The notes: a model not told the origin generated them from the sequence alone. Shown: positions 17,959-28,062, numbered from the stretch's first letter. The stretch: 58,865 nucleotides of DNA from Bdellovibrionales bacterium (GCA_050246815.1 JBFWVI010000017.1:1-58865); one strand, 5' to 3'. A program made the numbers and translations.

Positions 17959-19404
17959 ATGCTTTTTTCATCACTTTTAGTTTTGTGGCTTTCAAACGCA
18001 GCTTTGGCCACTGAGACACCAACTGTTGCCCCCAACTCGTGTGAAAAAGCTCTCTCCCCACCCAGCCTGACAGGTCTTAAAGCTATCGTGGCCATGAAAA
18101 AAATGATGAGCGGTGACAACAATGCCAAACTTCAGAGCTTAACCACGCTCGCCCTTGATTACCGTGGCGTGCTTGAGATTCGCATCACTCCCAACTGGCT
18201 TCGCGCCACTTTAGGGCAACTGGCACGTTTGCCGGATTTTTTGGGTGGCGCCAAATTCACCCGATTCCATGATGTCCTACCGCCGACCTTTGTTCTTATC
18301 GCCGATCCCGGTATCACCCGTGACATTTTATTGAACACTAAAGATTACATCCGTCCTTACGGCGAGATGGCGGATATCATCGGTGAACACTCCCTTTTTG
18401 TCCAAGACGATTCACAGGCCGAAGAACATGAATCCTGGAAGTTGTCGCACAAAGCGATGGTCGGCGCCTTCACCCCCCAGTTCATTCATAAAAATTACCA
18501 GCCCATTATTCGCGACGAATTGGACAGAATGGATCAACGTTGGCAGCGCAAACTGGATGGCGCGGAAAAGAATACGATTTCAGTGCAAGAGGATTTGGAT
18601 GTTTTTGCTATTCGCACCGGCTTTCGTGCCTTTTTGCAGGCTGACTTAAGCGATGAACAATCACTCGAATTGCGTCCGGTTTTTGCCAATGTTTTAAAAA
18701 GAGTGGATCATCAAGCTGAACGCGGTCATCTGCTGGCACTCATACAGCCACTTGTGAACCAACGTCGTGATGCACAAAGCGGTGATTCTTTGGTCGACAG
18801 GCTACTTCTGGCTCAGAAAGAGCATGGCCTGCCGGATGAATGGGTCTGGGATCAATTGATTACCGTTTTGTTCGCGGCGCAAGAAACCACTCGTTACGCT
18901 TTAAGCATGACCTTGGTTGAACTCGGACGAAACAGCGATTGGCAAATTTATTTGCAGCGCGAGCAACGAAACGATCATGCCGAGGCTTTTGTAAAGGAGG
19001 TCTTGCGGCTTTATCCTCCCGTGCCCATGATCCCACGAGTGACAAACCAAGCCGTCACGGCGGGTGGGTACAAATTTGCGGCAAACAATATCTTGCAGAT
19101 CCTGCCGCGCGCCCAGCATCTTAACCCCGAAGTTTGGGGCCATGATGCAATTCAATTTAGGCCCCGACGCTTTTTGAGTACCGAGGTCGACAAATACGCC
19201 CTTTGTCCCTTTGGTGGCGGCATGCGCTTGTGCCTAGGAATGGCGATGGCTATGACAGAACTTAAAATGTTTGTGCTCGATGTGGCCCGGCGCTGGGATG
19301 TCTATGGGCCCAACGAAACACCCCAGATCAACATGGGACCGGGCGTGATGACCTTGGGTGAACCGTTGGTGATCAAGCTAAAACGACGTACGGAAGAGCG
19401 CTAG
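17959..19404 (+). CDS. Cytochrome P450 with N-terminal signal-like peptide
   Basis: FAAQETT (I helix), EVLR, FRPRRF, PFGGGMRLCLG heme-thiolate motif. Confidence 0.92.
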   Translation: MLFSSLLVLWLSNAALATETPTVAPNSCEKALSPPSLTGLKAIVAMKKMMSGDNNAKLQSLTTLALDYRGVLEIRITPNWLRATLGQLARLPDFLGGAKFTRFHDVLPPTFVLIADPGITRDILLNTKDYIRPYGEMADIIGEHSLFVQDDSQAEEHESWKLSHKAMVGAFTPQFIHKNYQPIIRDELDRMDQRWQRKLDGAEKNTISVQEDLDVFAIRTGFRAFLQADLSDEQSLELRPVFANVLKRVDHQAERGHLLALIQPLVNQRRDAQSGDSLVDRLLLAQKEHGLPDEWVWDQLITVLFAAQETTRYALSMTLVELGRNSDWQIYLQREQRNDHAEAFVKEVLRLYPPVPMIPRVTNQAVTAGGYKFAANNILQILPRAQHLNPEVWGHDAIQFRPRRFLSTEVDKYALCPFGGGMRLCLGMAMAMTELKMFVLDVARRWDVYGPNETPQINMGPGVMTLGEPLVIKLKRRTEER

Positions 19405-19405
19405 T

Positions 19406-20803
19406 TTAAACTTTCACTTCAAGTCCATCCAATAAGATTTCTTCATCTTGCTCAACAACTCGAGCCTTCCAGCCCAGTTCGGTTTGAATACGGTATTTGA
19501 GCGCTTCCAATGCGGCGGGCTCACCGTGGTTCAAAAAAACCTCGCGTGGTTTTCTTTGCAGTTGCTTGAGCCAATCCAGGGTTTCATCGCTGTCCGCATG
19601 AGCACTTAAGTTATCTAAAGATAAGATTTCAGCCTCAACATGAACCAATTCATGGTGAATGCGAATTGTGGTCAGGCCGCTTCGCAAAAGACGCCCCTTG
19701 GTGCCTTCGGGCTGATAACCCACAAACAACACCGCGCTGTTTTCATCGGGCAGTTTGGCCTTTAAATGATGCATGACGCGGCCGCCGGTCAACATCCCAG
19801 CCGCAGAGATCACGATTTTCGGCTTTGTGCTCATGCACAAAAGCATCGAGTCATCCGCCGACTTCACCACTTTGTAGTCCAAGGGCGAAAATGGAGCGAC
19901 AAATCCATCTTCATGATTTTCAAGGCGCAACTCATCTTTAAAACGAAGATAAATTTCAGTCACGTCTTGGGCCATGGGACTGTCCAAATAGACCGGCACG
20001 TTGCCTATCAAATTTTTGCGCTGCAATTCATGGATCATGTGCAGCATCTCTTGAGTGCGTCCAACAGTGAAGGCCGGAATCACCAAAGTGCCTCGGCGGC
20101 TGATGACTCGGTTGATAATCTCGGCGAATGGCATCAGTGGGTCTTCATGTGACTGCACCCGATCGCCATACGTCGCCTCTAGAACAAGATAATCGGTTTC
20201 CATTAAATGAACAGGCGGTTTCAGCACCTTTGAACGCTGGTTGCCCAAGTCGCCCGAAAAGGTCAGCAGACGAGATTCGTTGCCAGACGTGTACTGGATC
20301 TGAATAAATGCCGAGCCCAAGATGTGCCCCGACCGCAGAAACTGAAACCCAATCCCAGGGTGTAGTTCATGCCACTTATTCATGGGCATCGGCCTTAAAA
20401 ATTCAATCGCCGCCATGGCATCCTGCGTGTCGAAAAGAGGCAAGCACGGGCTATGCCTTGAATACTTGGCCATATTGGCAAAGCGCGCGTCTTCTTCTTG
20501 CAGGTGAGCGGCGTCTAGCAACATGATTTTGCAAAGCTCGGCGGTGGCCTCGGTGCAGTAAATCGGCCCACGAAAGCCATCCTTCACCAATTTCGGCAAA
20601 TAACCAGAATGGTCAATGTGGGCATGGGTCAACAAAACACCGGACAAGCCCTCAAGCCCCTCGGGTTTTTGCCAATTGCGCGTGCGCAAAGGCTTTGGGC
20701 CTTGAAATAATCCACAATCGATTAAAAATTTGTGGTGATTGAAGCTCATCAGCGTTCGACTGCCTGTCACAGTTTTAGCCGCACCTAAAAATTTGATCTT
20801 CAT
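19406..20803 (-). CDS. MBL/beta-CASP family ribonuclease
   Basis: THAHIDH, GHILGS, FSGD, AVGR-like TVGRTQE, SAHAD, NHGE. Confidence 0.9.
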   Translation of the reverse strand: MKIKFLGAAKTVTGSRTLMSFNHHKFLIDCGLFQGPKPLRTRNWQKPEGLEGLSGVLLTHAHIDHSGYLPKLVKDGFRGPIYCTEATAELCKIMLLDAAHLQEEDARFANMAKYSRHSPCLPLFDTQDAMAAIEFLRPMPMNKWHELHPGIGFQFLRSGHILGSAFIQIQYTSGNESRLLTFSGDLGNQRSKVLKPPVHLMETDYLVLEATYGDRVQSHEDPLMPFAEIINRVISRRGTLVIPAFTVGRTQEMLHMIHELQRKNLIGNVPVYLDSPMAQDVTEIYLRFKDELRLENHEDGFVAPFSPLDYKVVKSADDSMLLCMSTKPKIVISAAGMLTGGRVMHHLKAKLPDENSAVLFVGYQPEGTKGRLLRSGLTTIRIHHELVHVEAEILSLDNLSAHADSDETLDWLKQLQRKPREVFLNHGEPAALEALKYRIQTELGWKARVVEQDEEILLDGLEVKV

Positions 20804-20818
20804 GGTTCCTTCGCCCCC

Positions 20819-21733
20819 TTAGCGGATCGGCAAAACAAAAAGTGGCAGCTTGGACTCGCGAGCCAAGGCCCGAGTCACGCTACCCCCAAGAAAAGCCTCC
20901 AGTGCATTGACGCCGGTGCCGGTCATGATCATTTGGCATTTTTCGCGACGCGCCTTTCGCTGGATCAAATCATGGATCATACCCGCTTCTTCGCTGACTT
21001 CGCCTTTGCAGCGCAATCCTTGCGCATTCAATGTTGCCACCAATCTTTTCATTTTGGCCTGTCGGACTCGTAAATCATCACTTCTGAATTGATCATATCC
21101 AATCAAACCGCCGCCCATCATGGGAACCCCACCTTCAACGATGGGCTCAATGGGGTCCATCATCTTATGAAAAAGAACCAGCTCCGCGTTCAGTGCCGTT
21201 AAGAACGGCACTTGCTTTTTTAAGCTGTGGATCGACTTGGTTGAAAGATCCGTCGCCACAAAAATCCGTTTTACTTTGCCGGGCAGATCCATAGATGGAT
21301 TTAAAATCAACATGGGCGTTGACGAACCCATCAGCGCGGCCTCGGTGAAGCTGCCCAAAAAAAATCTTTTCACGCCCCGGCGCGCGTGGGTTGAAAGCAC
21401 AATAAACTGCGCGCCTTGTTTTTTGGCGTAACGGCTCAGCCGTTCGACATCGTGACGTCGCGATGATTTTGGACTGACCAAAAGATCCAAGCCCGATACA
21501 TCTTTCAACTTCAATTCCGAAAGCGCCTTATGGGCATTTGGCTTGATGTGTTTCAGCCAAGCTGTTGATAAGTCCCCGTCCCACTCTATGCTTTTGGGGC
21601 TTAAGACATAAGAGAGCCTAATTTTTGCGCCCGGAGAGGCCAAACGCTTGATGAAGGTCAGGGTCTTCGTGGCTTTTTGCGTGACAGTGGAGTATGGATC
21701 CACGGCCCACAACACGGTTTTTGACTTGCTCAT
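20819..21733 (-). CDS. Tandem universal stress protein
   Basis: Two USP domains (STHARRG..RFFLGS, ATDLS, GGSVT). Confidence 0.85.
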   Translation of the reverse strand: MSKSKTVLWAVDPYSTVTQKATKTLTFIKRLASPGAKIRLSYVLSPKSIEWDGDLSTAWLKHIKPNAHKALSELKLKDVSGLDLLVSPKSSRRHDVERLSRYAKKQGAQFIVLSTHARRGVKRFFLGSFTEAALMGSSTPMLILNPSMDLPGKVKRIFVATDLSTKSIHSLKKQVPFLTALNAELVLFHKMMDPIEPIVEGGVPMMGGGLIGYDQFRSDDLRVRQAKMKRLVATLNAQGLRCKGEVSEEAGMIHDLIQRKARREKCQMIMTGTGVNALEAFLGGSVTRALARESKLPLFVLPIR

Positions 21734-21734
21734 T

Positions 21735-22946
21735 TTATTCTCCTATTGAGTGCCAATCGTCGAAACGTTCATTGGGGTTTTCAGAAAGATTTCTGAGCTC
21801 AAAAAGTCGCTCGCGAATCGAACGCGGAAGCCTTGCGCCTTCGTCAGTGGCATAGGCCGACAGTTTGAGCGCCTCAAGCCTGAGATAACATTTTTTCGCC
21901 AAAGGCGTACGCGGTGAGTGCCGCACACAGGCCTCGTAATATGAATCCTGCAACGTCCAAAGATTCATGTCGCGCAACGATTCCGCCGCCAGGCCCGAAT
22001 AATAAAGGTACTCGCCATACTCTGGTTGATTAGAGGATTGTCCGGCCAGCTCGTGCAACAACTGCGATGCACGCAAAAAATGCACAAGCCCGGCTTGGCC
22101 CAACGGGGAATTTAAGCTCTTTTTCCACCCCTGCGTCATGATCCTCTTGGCCGATGCAAACTTGGCCCGCGCCGTAAGGGCTTTAGACGAAGATTCCGCA
22201 CGCCATTCTTTGATGGCAGACTTCCAAACCAAAGCGTTCAAACGCAAGTAGACCGGAGCCCATCGCGCATCCGCAATGCGACTCACCATCTCGTCCGCCA
22301 AAGCGGGGTCTTGTTTCACGCGCACGGCCACGGCCAGGGCCTTTTCGGCCGCCAGCTCAAGTTCATAGGGGCTTTGAATCTGGGCATCCGGTGAGTTGAC
22401 CAACTGGTCAAAAAGCTCCAAGGCTTTATCGTAATCACGCATGGCAATCGCGAAATTGGCCTGCTCCATTTTGGACATGGAACCCATGTTGGCGAAGGCA
22501 CTCAACTGCATATTGCTACGACCATCACTTGTGCGAGTGTGGCAACTAATACAATGGCGCGTGGTTTGCTGAAGGATGTGGCGCGCAAAAATCCGATTGT
22601 CTTCTTCAATTTGCTGAGCGGCCTCATCCATTTCGCTGGCAAAACGTTGGGCCATAAAAGACAGCGCAGGGTCATGAGTGGGTTTATGTTTGGTCAGATC
22701 AACGGCATGGGCCATGGCTCTTATATTTTTGACTTCAAGATCAATGGTTTTACGATTTTCCGGCCGGTCAAAAGCACGTTGGCTGACCGTCAACGGCATC
22801 AATTTTGTCAAAGACTCCGACAGCACATGCATTTTGCCATGCCAGTTGACCATTTCAGTTGCAGGTGTCGTTTGAGGTTTACGGTGGGCGCAATGAATAC
22901 TGACAAAGGCCAGGCCCATCACGATTAATACTACTCTCAAGCTCAT
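21735..22946 (-). CDS. Cytochrome c'-like TPR lipoprotein (paralog of 6061-7221)
   Basis: RBS GAGGA, lipobox-like VSIHC, CISCH, TPR-like repeats. Confidence 0.72.
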   Translation of the reverse strand: MSLRVVLIVMGLAFVSIHCAHRKPQTTPATEMVNWHGKMHVLSESLTKLMPLTVSQRAFDRPENRKTIDLEVKNIRAMAHAVDLTKHKPTHDPALSFMAQRFASEMDEAAQQIEEDNRIFARHILQQTTRHCISCHTRTSDGRSNMQLSAFANMGSMSKMEQANFAIAMRDYDKALELFDQLVNSPDAQIQSPYELELAAEKALAVAVRVKQDPALADEMVSRIADARWAPVYLRLNALVWKSAIKEWRAESSSKALTARAKFASAKRIMTQGWKKSLNSPLGQAGLVHFLRASQLLHELAGQSSNQPEYGEYLYYSGLAAESLRDMNLWTLQDSYYEACVRHSPRTPLAKKCYLRLEALKLSAYATDEGARLPRSIRERLFELRNLSENPNERFDDWHSIGE

Positions 22947-23060
22947 CACATCCTCACTTTTCAAATGTTTCAAGGGAATCGTTTGCAATCATAGTCACCA
23001 CCACACAAATTTGCAATTACTTGAAATTAGGCCATTTTTTTATTGAGGCACGGCGCATGT

Positions 23061-23108
23061 GAGACAATTCGCCCCAAACATATAATTTCCATTGAGTTCA
23101 ATTGTCCC
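23061..23108. promoter_or_regulatory. Two activator sites
   Basis: gagaca-att-cgcccc (23061) and gagttc-aat-tgtccc (23094). Confidence 0.6.
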
Positions 23109-23146
23109 CTTCTGGACCTGAAAGAACGAACGGTTGGCTCTTAGAA

Positions 23147-23162
23147 CGGCACGACTCTTGTA
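23147..23162 (+). promoter_or_regulatory. sigma54 promoter
   Basis: cGGCACGactcTTGTa (near-consensus, T at -12), 39 nt after the palindrome. Confidence 0.65.
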
Positions 23163-23214
23163 ATAATAGGTCTCGAATCGAAACAAACATAGTTTATTCA
23201 AGAGGAGCCGAACC

Positions 23215-23625
23215 GTGAAAGCAATTCCAAAAATTCAAAAGTACATGACAACAACCCCTTATGCCATCAACTGGGCATCCACACTGGAAGAGGCTATGAA
23301 AGTAATGGCCAAACATGAAGTCCGGCATTTGCCCGTGATTAAAGATGGAAATATGTTTGGTGTGGTCAGCGACCGCGACATTCGCTCGATCCTGTCCTTT
23401 GCGGGATCAAACCCGACCCAACTTAAAGTCGGCGATGTTTGCACGGACAAACCTTATGTTACAAAGCCCGACGCCCTGCTAAATGAAGTCGCCACACAAA
23501 TGGCCCGAGAAAAATTTGGCAGCGCTTTGGTGGTCGACAACGGCAAACTGGTGGGAATTTTCACCGTCACTGACGCCTGCCTGGCACTCAGCGAAATTTG
23601 TGAACAAAAATTTTCATCACACTAG
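23215..23625 (+). CDS. CBS-pair protein
   Basis: VRHLPV, GVVSDRD, GSALVV, GIFTVTD; RBS GAGGAG. Confidence 0.9.
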   Translation: MKAIPKIQKYMTTTPYAINWASTLEEAMKVMAKHEVRHLPVIKDGNMFGVVSDRDIRSILSFAGSNPTQLKVGDVCTDKPYVTKPDALLNEVATQMAREKFGSALVVDNGKLVGIFTVTDACLALSEICEQKFSSH

Positions 23626-23631
23626 CATTCA

Positions 23632-24918
23632 ATGAAAAGCTTCGGTTTGAAACAAGTCGACTCAGCGGCTGAACTGATTCAAGAAATCAGTTCGAATCAG
23701 AGCGTGTTTGTGCACGGGGCGGCCGCAACCCCTCATGTCTTGCTAAACGCCCTGGTCGAAGACGCACCACGCTTACGCAATGTGGAGCTTGTGCATTTGC
23801 ACACCGAGGGCGAAGCGCCATACGCGGATTCAAAATACAAAGACGCCTTTCGCGTTACAAATTTATTTGTAGGGCCCAACATGCGCTCCAAGCTGGACTA
23901 TGACCGCGTGGATTATTTGCCCGTCACGCTTTCAGAGATTCCGAGTCTTTTTCGCTCGGGGCGCAGGGCCCTGGATGTGGCTTTGTTGCATCTTTCACCA
24001 CCGGACTCATTTGGCTTTTGCAGTTTAGGCACCAGCGTGGACGTGGCGCTTGCCGCCTTTCAAGCCGCGGACCTCATTTTGGCGCAAATCAACTCGCAAA
24101 TGCCACGCGTCCTGGGCACCGGACTCGTTCACATCGACGACATTGATGGCTACATTGAAGTCAGCCAGGATCTGCCCACGGCCGCCGTCCACAAGGTGAC
24201 CGAAACCGATTTGCAAATCGCCCGTCATGTGGCGGAACTTGTCGAAGATGGCGCGTGCCTGCAAGTGGGTATCGGTGCTCTGCCCGATGCTGTGCTGGGC
24301 CAGCTGACGGGGCACCGTCATTTGGGCTTGCACAGCGAAATGTGGTCCGACGGAGCCTTATCCCTAATCAAGTCGGGGATCATAGATAACTCGCGCAAAG
24401 AGCTTCATGGCGGAAGTTCGGTTTCGAGTTTCATTAACGGAAGTCGTGCCGTCTATGATTTCATCCACAACAATCCAAGCGTCTTGCAGATGTCGATCGA
24501 CTACGTCAACAATCCGCGCTTCATTGGCCGCAACTCCAAGGTCACGGCCATTAACTCGGCCGTGGAGGTTGATTTAACCGGCCAAGTTTGCGCCGACTCA
24601 GTGGGGCATCGCTTGATTTCTGGCGTCGGTGGACAGTTGGATTTCATGCTGGGCGCGGCCCTTTCGCAAGGTGGCAAGCCGATCATTGCACTTTCAAGTC
24701 GCACCAAGCATGGGGCCCCGCGCCTGGTGCCTCAGCTTCAAGTCGGTGCGGGCGTCGTGACCCCACGGGCCCACGTCCACTTTGTCGTGACCGAATACGG
24801 CTACGCCGATTTGCACGGCAAAACCCTGGGCGAGCGAGCCAAAGCATTAATCAAGATTGCCCACCCCGAGGACCGTGAAGCCCTGACCGCCGCCTGGAAG
24901 CAACACAATTTAAATTAA
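23632..24918 (+). CDS. Acetyl-CoA hydrolase / 4-hydroxybutyrate CoA-transferase family
   Basis: LQVGIG, HSEM, SGVGGQLDF, VVTEYG, IAHP. Confidence 0.9.
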   Translation: MKSFGLKQVDSAAELIQEISSNQSVFVHGAAATPHVLLNALVEDAPRLRNVELVHLHTEGEAPYADSKYKDAFRVTNLFVGPNMRSKLDYDRVDYLPVTLSEIPSLFRSGRRALDVALLHLSPPDSFGFCSLGTSVDVALAAFQAADLILAQINSQMPRVLGTGLVHIDDIDGYIEVSQDLPTAAVHKVTETDLQIARHVAELVEDGACLQVGIGALPDAVLGQLTGHRHLGLHSEMWSDGALSLIKSGIIDNSRKELHGGSSVSSFINGSRAVYDFIHNNPSVLQMSIDYVNNPRFIGRNSKVTAINSAVEVDLTGQVCADSVGHRLISGVGGQLDFMLGAALSQGGKPIIALSSRTKHGAPRLVPQLQVGAGVVTPRAHVHFVVTEYGYADLHGKTLGERAKALIKIAHPEDREALTAAWKQHNLN

Positions 24919-24937
24919 ACCAAAAAAGGAGTAACAC

Positions 24938-25351
24938 ATGAATCAACTGAATTTACCGGTCGAAGAGTTCACCACCCCTGATCCGGTCACTGCACCGGAA
25001 ACCATGCCGATCGAAGAGATCAGTGCGATCATGAAAGAATGCGGTATTCGTCACCTGCCCATCGTTCGCGATGGAAAAGTCGTCGGCTTGGTGAGTGATC
25101 GAGACCTTAAAGTCGCCATGGGCTTGAACCGTGGAGAAAAACTGATGGTAAATGCCAGTGACATCATGGTCACGGACTTGGTCACCATCAATTCAACAGC
25201 CACACTAGACCAAGCCGCTTTTAAGATGTCTTCTAAGAAAATCGGCAGTTTGCTAGTGAACGACGAAAACAACAACTTTCTGGGAATTTTCACGGCCACT
25301 GATGCTTTGAACGCCTTGATCGAAATCGTTCGCGAAAATTTGGGGGATTAG
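24938..25351 (+). CDS. CBS-pair protein
   Basis: IRHLPI, GLVSDRD, GIFTATD. Confidence 0.9.
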   Translation: MNQLNLPVEEFTTPDPVTAPETMPIEEISAIMKECGIRHLPIVRDGKVVGLVSDRDLKVAMGLNRGEKLMVNASDIMVTDLVTINSTATLDQAAFKMSSKKIGSLLVNDENNNFLGIFTATDALNALIEIVRENLGD

Positions 25352-25382
25352 GGCTTAAGCTCTAATCCCTTTCGTTCGAACT

Positions 25383-26813
25383 CTAGTCGACAGGCTCTTC
25401 TTCGTTGCCGGTCACAAAGCCATAGTCTCTTTCTTTGCGATACAGAGTGCGTCGATTGATGCCCAAAATCTGCGCCGCTTTCTCTTTTTTGCCGCCGGTT
25501 TTTTCAAGTACCATGGCCATATAGCGTTTTTCTAGGTCTTCAAGAGACGGCAGATCTTGCGTTGTTTGGCCATAAAAGCTTTCAAACCCGCGTTCTTCGC
25601 CGCTGGGGATATCGTCGGTTTGAATGATCGGATGTTTTGCCAAAACCACCATACGCTCGACCAAATTTTCAAGCTCGCGCACGTTGCCCTGCCAAGATAA
25701 AGCCGAAAGTTTTTGCATGGCCTCTTGGCTAAAGCCCGTCACGCGACCACCGTTCATCAACGAGTATTTGTGCAAAAAGTGCTGCGCCAGTAAGGGAATA
25801 TCCTCTGGGCGATGTCTGAGCGGCGGCACCACAATCGGAATCACAGTCAAGCGGTAGTAAAGGTCCTCTCGAAAGGTGCCGTTGACGATGGATTTTTTAA
25901 GATCACGATGTGTGGCGGCCACCACACGCACGTCAATGTTTTTTGACTGGTTCGAACCGACGGGACGGATCACTCGCTCTTGCAGCGCGCGCAGAAGTTT
26001 GGCCTGCAGGGCCAGATCCAGATCGCCGATTTCATCTAAAAAGAGGGTGCCGCCTTCGGCTTCTTCAAAGAGGCCTTTTTTATCCGCTGTGGCGCCTGTA
26101 AAGGAGCCCTTGACGTGGCCAAAAAGTTCGCTTTCTAAAAGCGAATCGGGAATCGCCGTGCAGTTGACGGCCACAAAAGGTTTGGACGCACGGGGACTTT
26201 GCTGGTGAATAGCTTTGGCCACCACTTCTTTGCCGGTTCCCGACTCACCCATAATCAAGACGTTCGAGGTCGCCTGCGCCACACGCTCGATCAAGTCAAA
26301 GATGCTTTTCATAGCCTGGCTTTTGCCGATGATGTCTTGCAGAGCCCAGGACTTTTTAACTTCCTTCACCAGGCTTTTGTTTTGGCGCTGTAAGCGGCCA
26401 AACAAGATCGCGCGGCCAATGACATGGCTCATCTCAGCCAACTTAAACGGCTTGGTGATATAATCGAAAGCACCTTTACGCAGACCTTCGACTGCTGTTT
26501 CAACCGTGGCAAAAGCCGTCATTAAAATAACCGGAACGTCGGGGTGATGGGGCTTGTAGTTCCTAAGCAGGCTTAATCCATCGACATCCGGCATGCGCAG
26601 ATCGGTGACCACCAACTCGACCGCTGCGGCTTCGGAACTGCTACTTTTAAGGAAGGCCAAGGCTTCAGCGCCATCGGCGAATTCACGCACATGATAGTTT
26701 TCCATGTGCAGGTGGTCGACCAGCAGCGAACGCATCTGCGGGTCATCATCTACCACCACCACGAATCCCTGGCTATTTTTGTCCATATCACACCCTTTTG
26801 ACGCTTCTATCAT
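25383..26813 (-). CDS. sigma54-dependent response regulator (NtrC/AtoC family)
   Basis: REC, GESGTGKE, GSFTGA, FLDEIG, FREDLYYRL, Fis HTH; start may be 26786. Confidence 0.95.
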   Translation of the reverse strand: MIEASKGCDMDKNSQGFVVVVDDDPQMRSLLVDHLHMENYHVREFADGAEALAFLKSSSSEAAAVELVVTDLRMPDVDGLSLLRNYKPHHPDVPVILMTAFATVETAVEGLRKGAFDYITKPFKLAEMSHVIGRAILFGRLQRQNKSLVKEVKKSWALQDIIGKSQAMKSIFDLIERVAQATSNVLIMGESGTGKEVVAKAIHQQSPRASKPFVAVNCTAIPDSLLESELFGHVKGSFTGATADKKGLFEEAEGGTLFLDEIGDLDLALQAKLLRALQERVIRPVGSNQSKNIDVRVVAATHRDLKKSIVNGTFREDLYYRLTVIPIVVPPLRHRPEDIPLLAQHFLHKYSLMNGGRVTGFSQEAMQKLSALSWQGNVRELENLVERMVVLAKHPIIQTDDIPSGEERGFESFYGQTTQDLPSLEDLEKRYMAMVLEKTGGKKEKAAQILGINRRTLYRKERDYGFVTGNEEEPVD

Positions 26814-26859
26814 GACCGCTGGCGTCTAAAAACCAATTTCGATTGCGAGATCAAAATGC

Positions 26860-26874
26860 GAGACTATTTGTCTC
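26860..26874. promoter_or_regulatory. Activator site between the divergent regulator and kinase genes
   Basis: gagact-att-tgtctc. Confidence 0.65.
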
Positions 26875-26928
26875 AAAAACCCCAGGAAACCAATTTTATT
26901 TCCAGCCAAACTCATCTATACAAGAGAA

Positions 26929-28062
26929 ATGCCAACTACCGAACTCGATGCGCTTAAACAGCTGCAGGACCAAAAATTTGCCTTAGACCAATCGGCGATT
27001 GTGGCCCAAACCGACGCCAGGGGCATCATCACCATGGTGAACGACAAGTTTTGCCAGATTTCGGGTTACTCCCGCGCCGAATTGATCGGCCATGACCACC
27101 GCGTCGTAAATTCGGGCACCCACAGCAAGGAATTCTTTCGCGAGCTTTGGCACACCATTCGATCAGGCCGGGTTTGGCGCGGTGAGGTTTGCAATCGTAA
27201 AAAATCCGGTGAGCTTTACTGGGTGGCAACAACCATCACGCCATTTTTAGACGCCAACCAGCAGCCCTATCAATACCTTGCCATTCGTCAAGACATCACC
27301 GCCTTGATGCTGGCCAAGCAAAGGATTGAAGAGCAAGAGGCGCAGCTGGTCTCAGCCTCGCGCCTAAGCGCCATAGGTGAAATGGCAGCGGCAATCACCC
27401 ACGAAATCAACAACCCCCTGGCGGTGATTTTGGGTCGTACCGAAATGATTTCAAGCCTGGTCGATAAAAACCAATTGAACCCTGAAGTGCTCAAACGCTT
27501 GGTGGACACCATTTACATCACGGGTAAACGCATTGAAAGAATCGTGCGCTCGATGAAGACCCTGGCTTACAGTGGCTCGGACGAAGAGCCCTTTGCATTG
27601 TGTTCGGTCAAAGAGATTCTGACCGATTCGCTTGAGTTGTGTTCGCAGCGCTTTGAAAACCATGGCATCCAAATGCAGACCCCAAAGATCGAAGACTCCT
27701 GGATGATCGAGTGCCGCAGTCACCAAATCGTGCAAGTTCTGGTCAATTTGATGAACAATGCCCATGACGCCGTCAAGCAGCTGGATGACCGTTGGGTCAA
27801 AGTTGAACTCCAAATTAAAAATGACCTCTTAGAAATATCAGTGACCGACAGTGGCCAGGGAATCCCGTCCGATGTGGTGCCAAAATTATTTGACCCTTTT
27901 TTCAGCACCAAACGGGTTCAATACGGAACGGGCTTGGGCTTAAGCATTTCAAAAAGCCTGATTGCCGCCCACCAGGGAGAGTTGCTTTACGATGCCTCAA
28001 ACCCCAACACCCGCTTTGTTATGCGTTTGCCGACCCGGCACAAAAAAACCAACTCCGCTTAA
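26929..28062 (+). CDS. Cytoplasmic PAS histidine kinase (NifL/Aer-like PAS)
   Basis: PAS with LW...WRGEVCNRKKSG; HEINNP, N box, DSGQG, GTGLGL; no TM. Confidence 0.9.
   Translation: MPTTELDALKQLQDQKFALDQSAIVAQTDARGIITMVNDKFCQISGYSRAELIGHDHRVVNSGTHSKEFFRELWHTIRSGRVWRGEVCNRKKSGELYWVATTITPFLDANQQPYQYLAIRQDITALMLAKQRIEEQEAQLVSASRLSAIGEMAAAITHEINNPLAVILGRTEMISSLVDKNQLNPEVLKRLVDTIYITGKRIERIVRSMKTLAYSGSDEEPFALCSVKEILTDSLELCSQRFENHGIQMQTPKIEDSWMIECRSHQIVQVLVNLMNNAHDAVKQLDDRWVKVELQIKNDLLEISVTDSGQGIPSDVVPKLFDPFFSTKRVQYGTGLGLSISKSLIAAHQGELLYDASNPNTRFVMRLPTRHKKTNSA

Noticed and set aside
22984..23000. sigma54-like element for the cytochrome-USP operon (TGGTGACTATGATTGCA)
   Set aside because: GG-GC spacing is 11 rather than 10.
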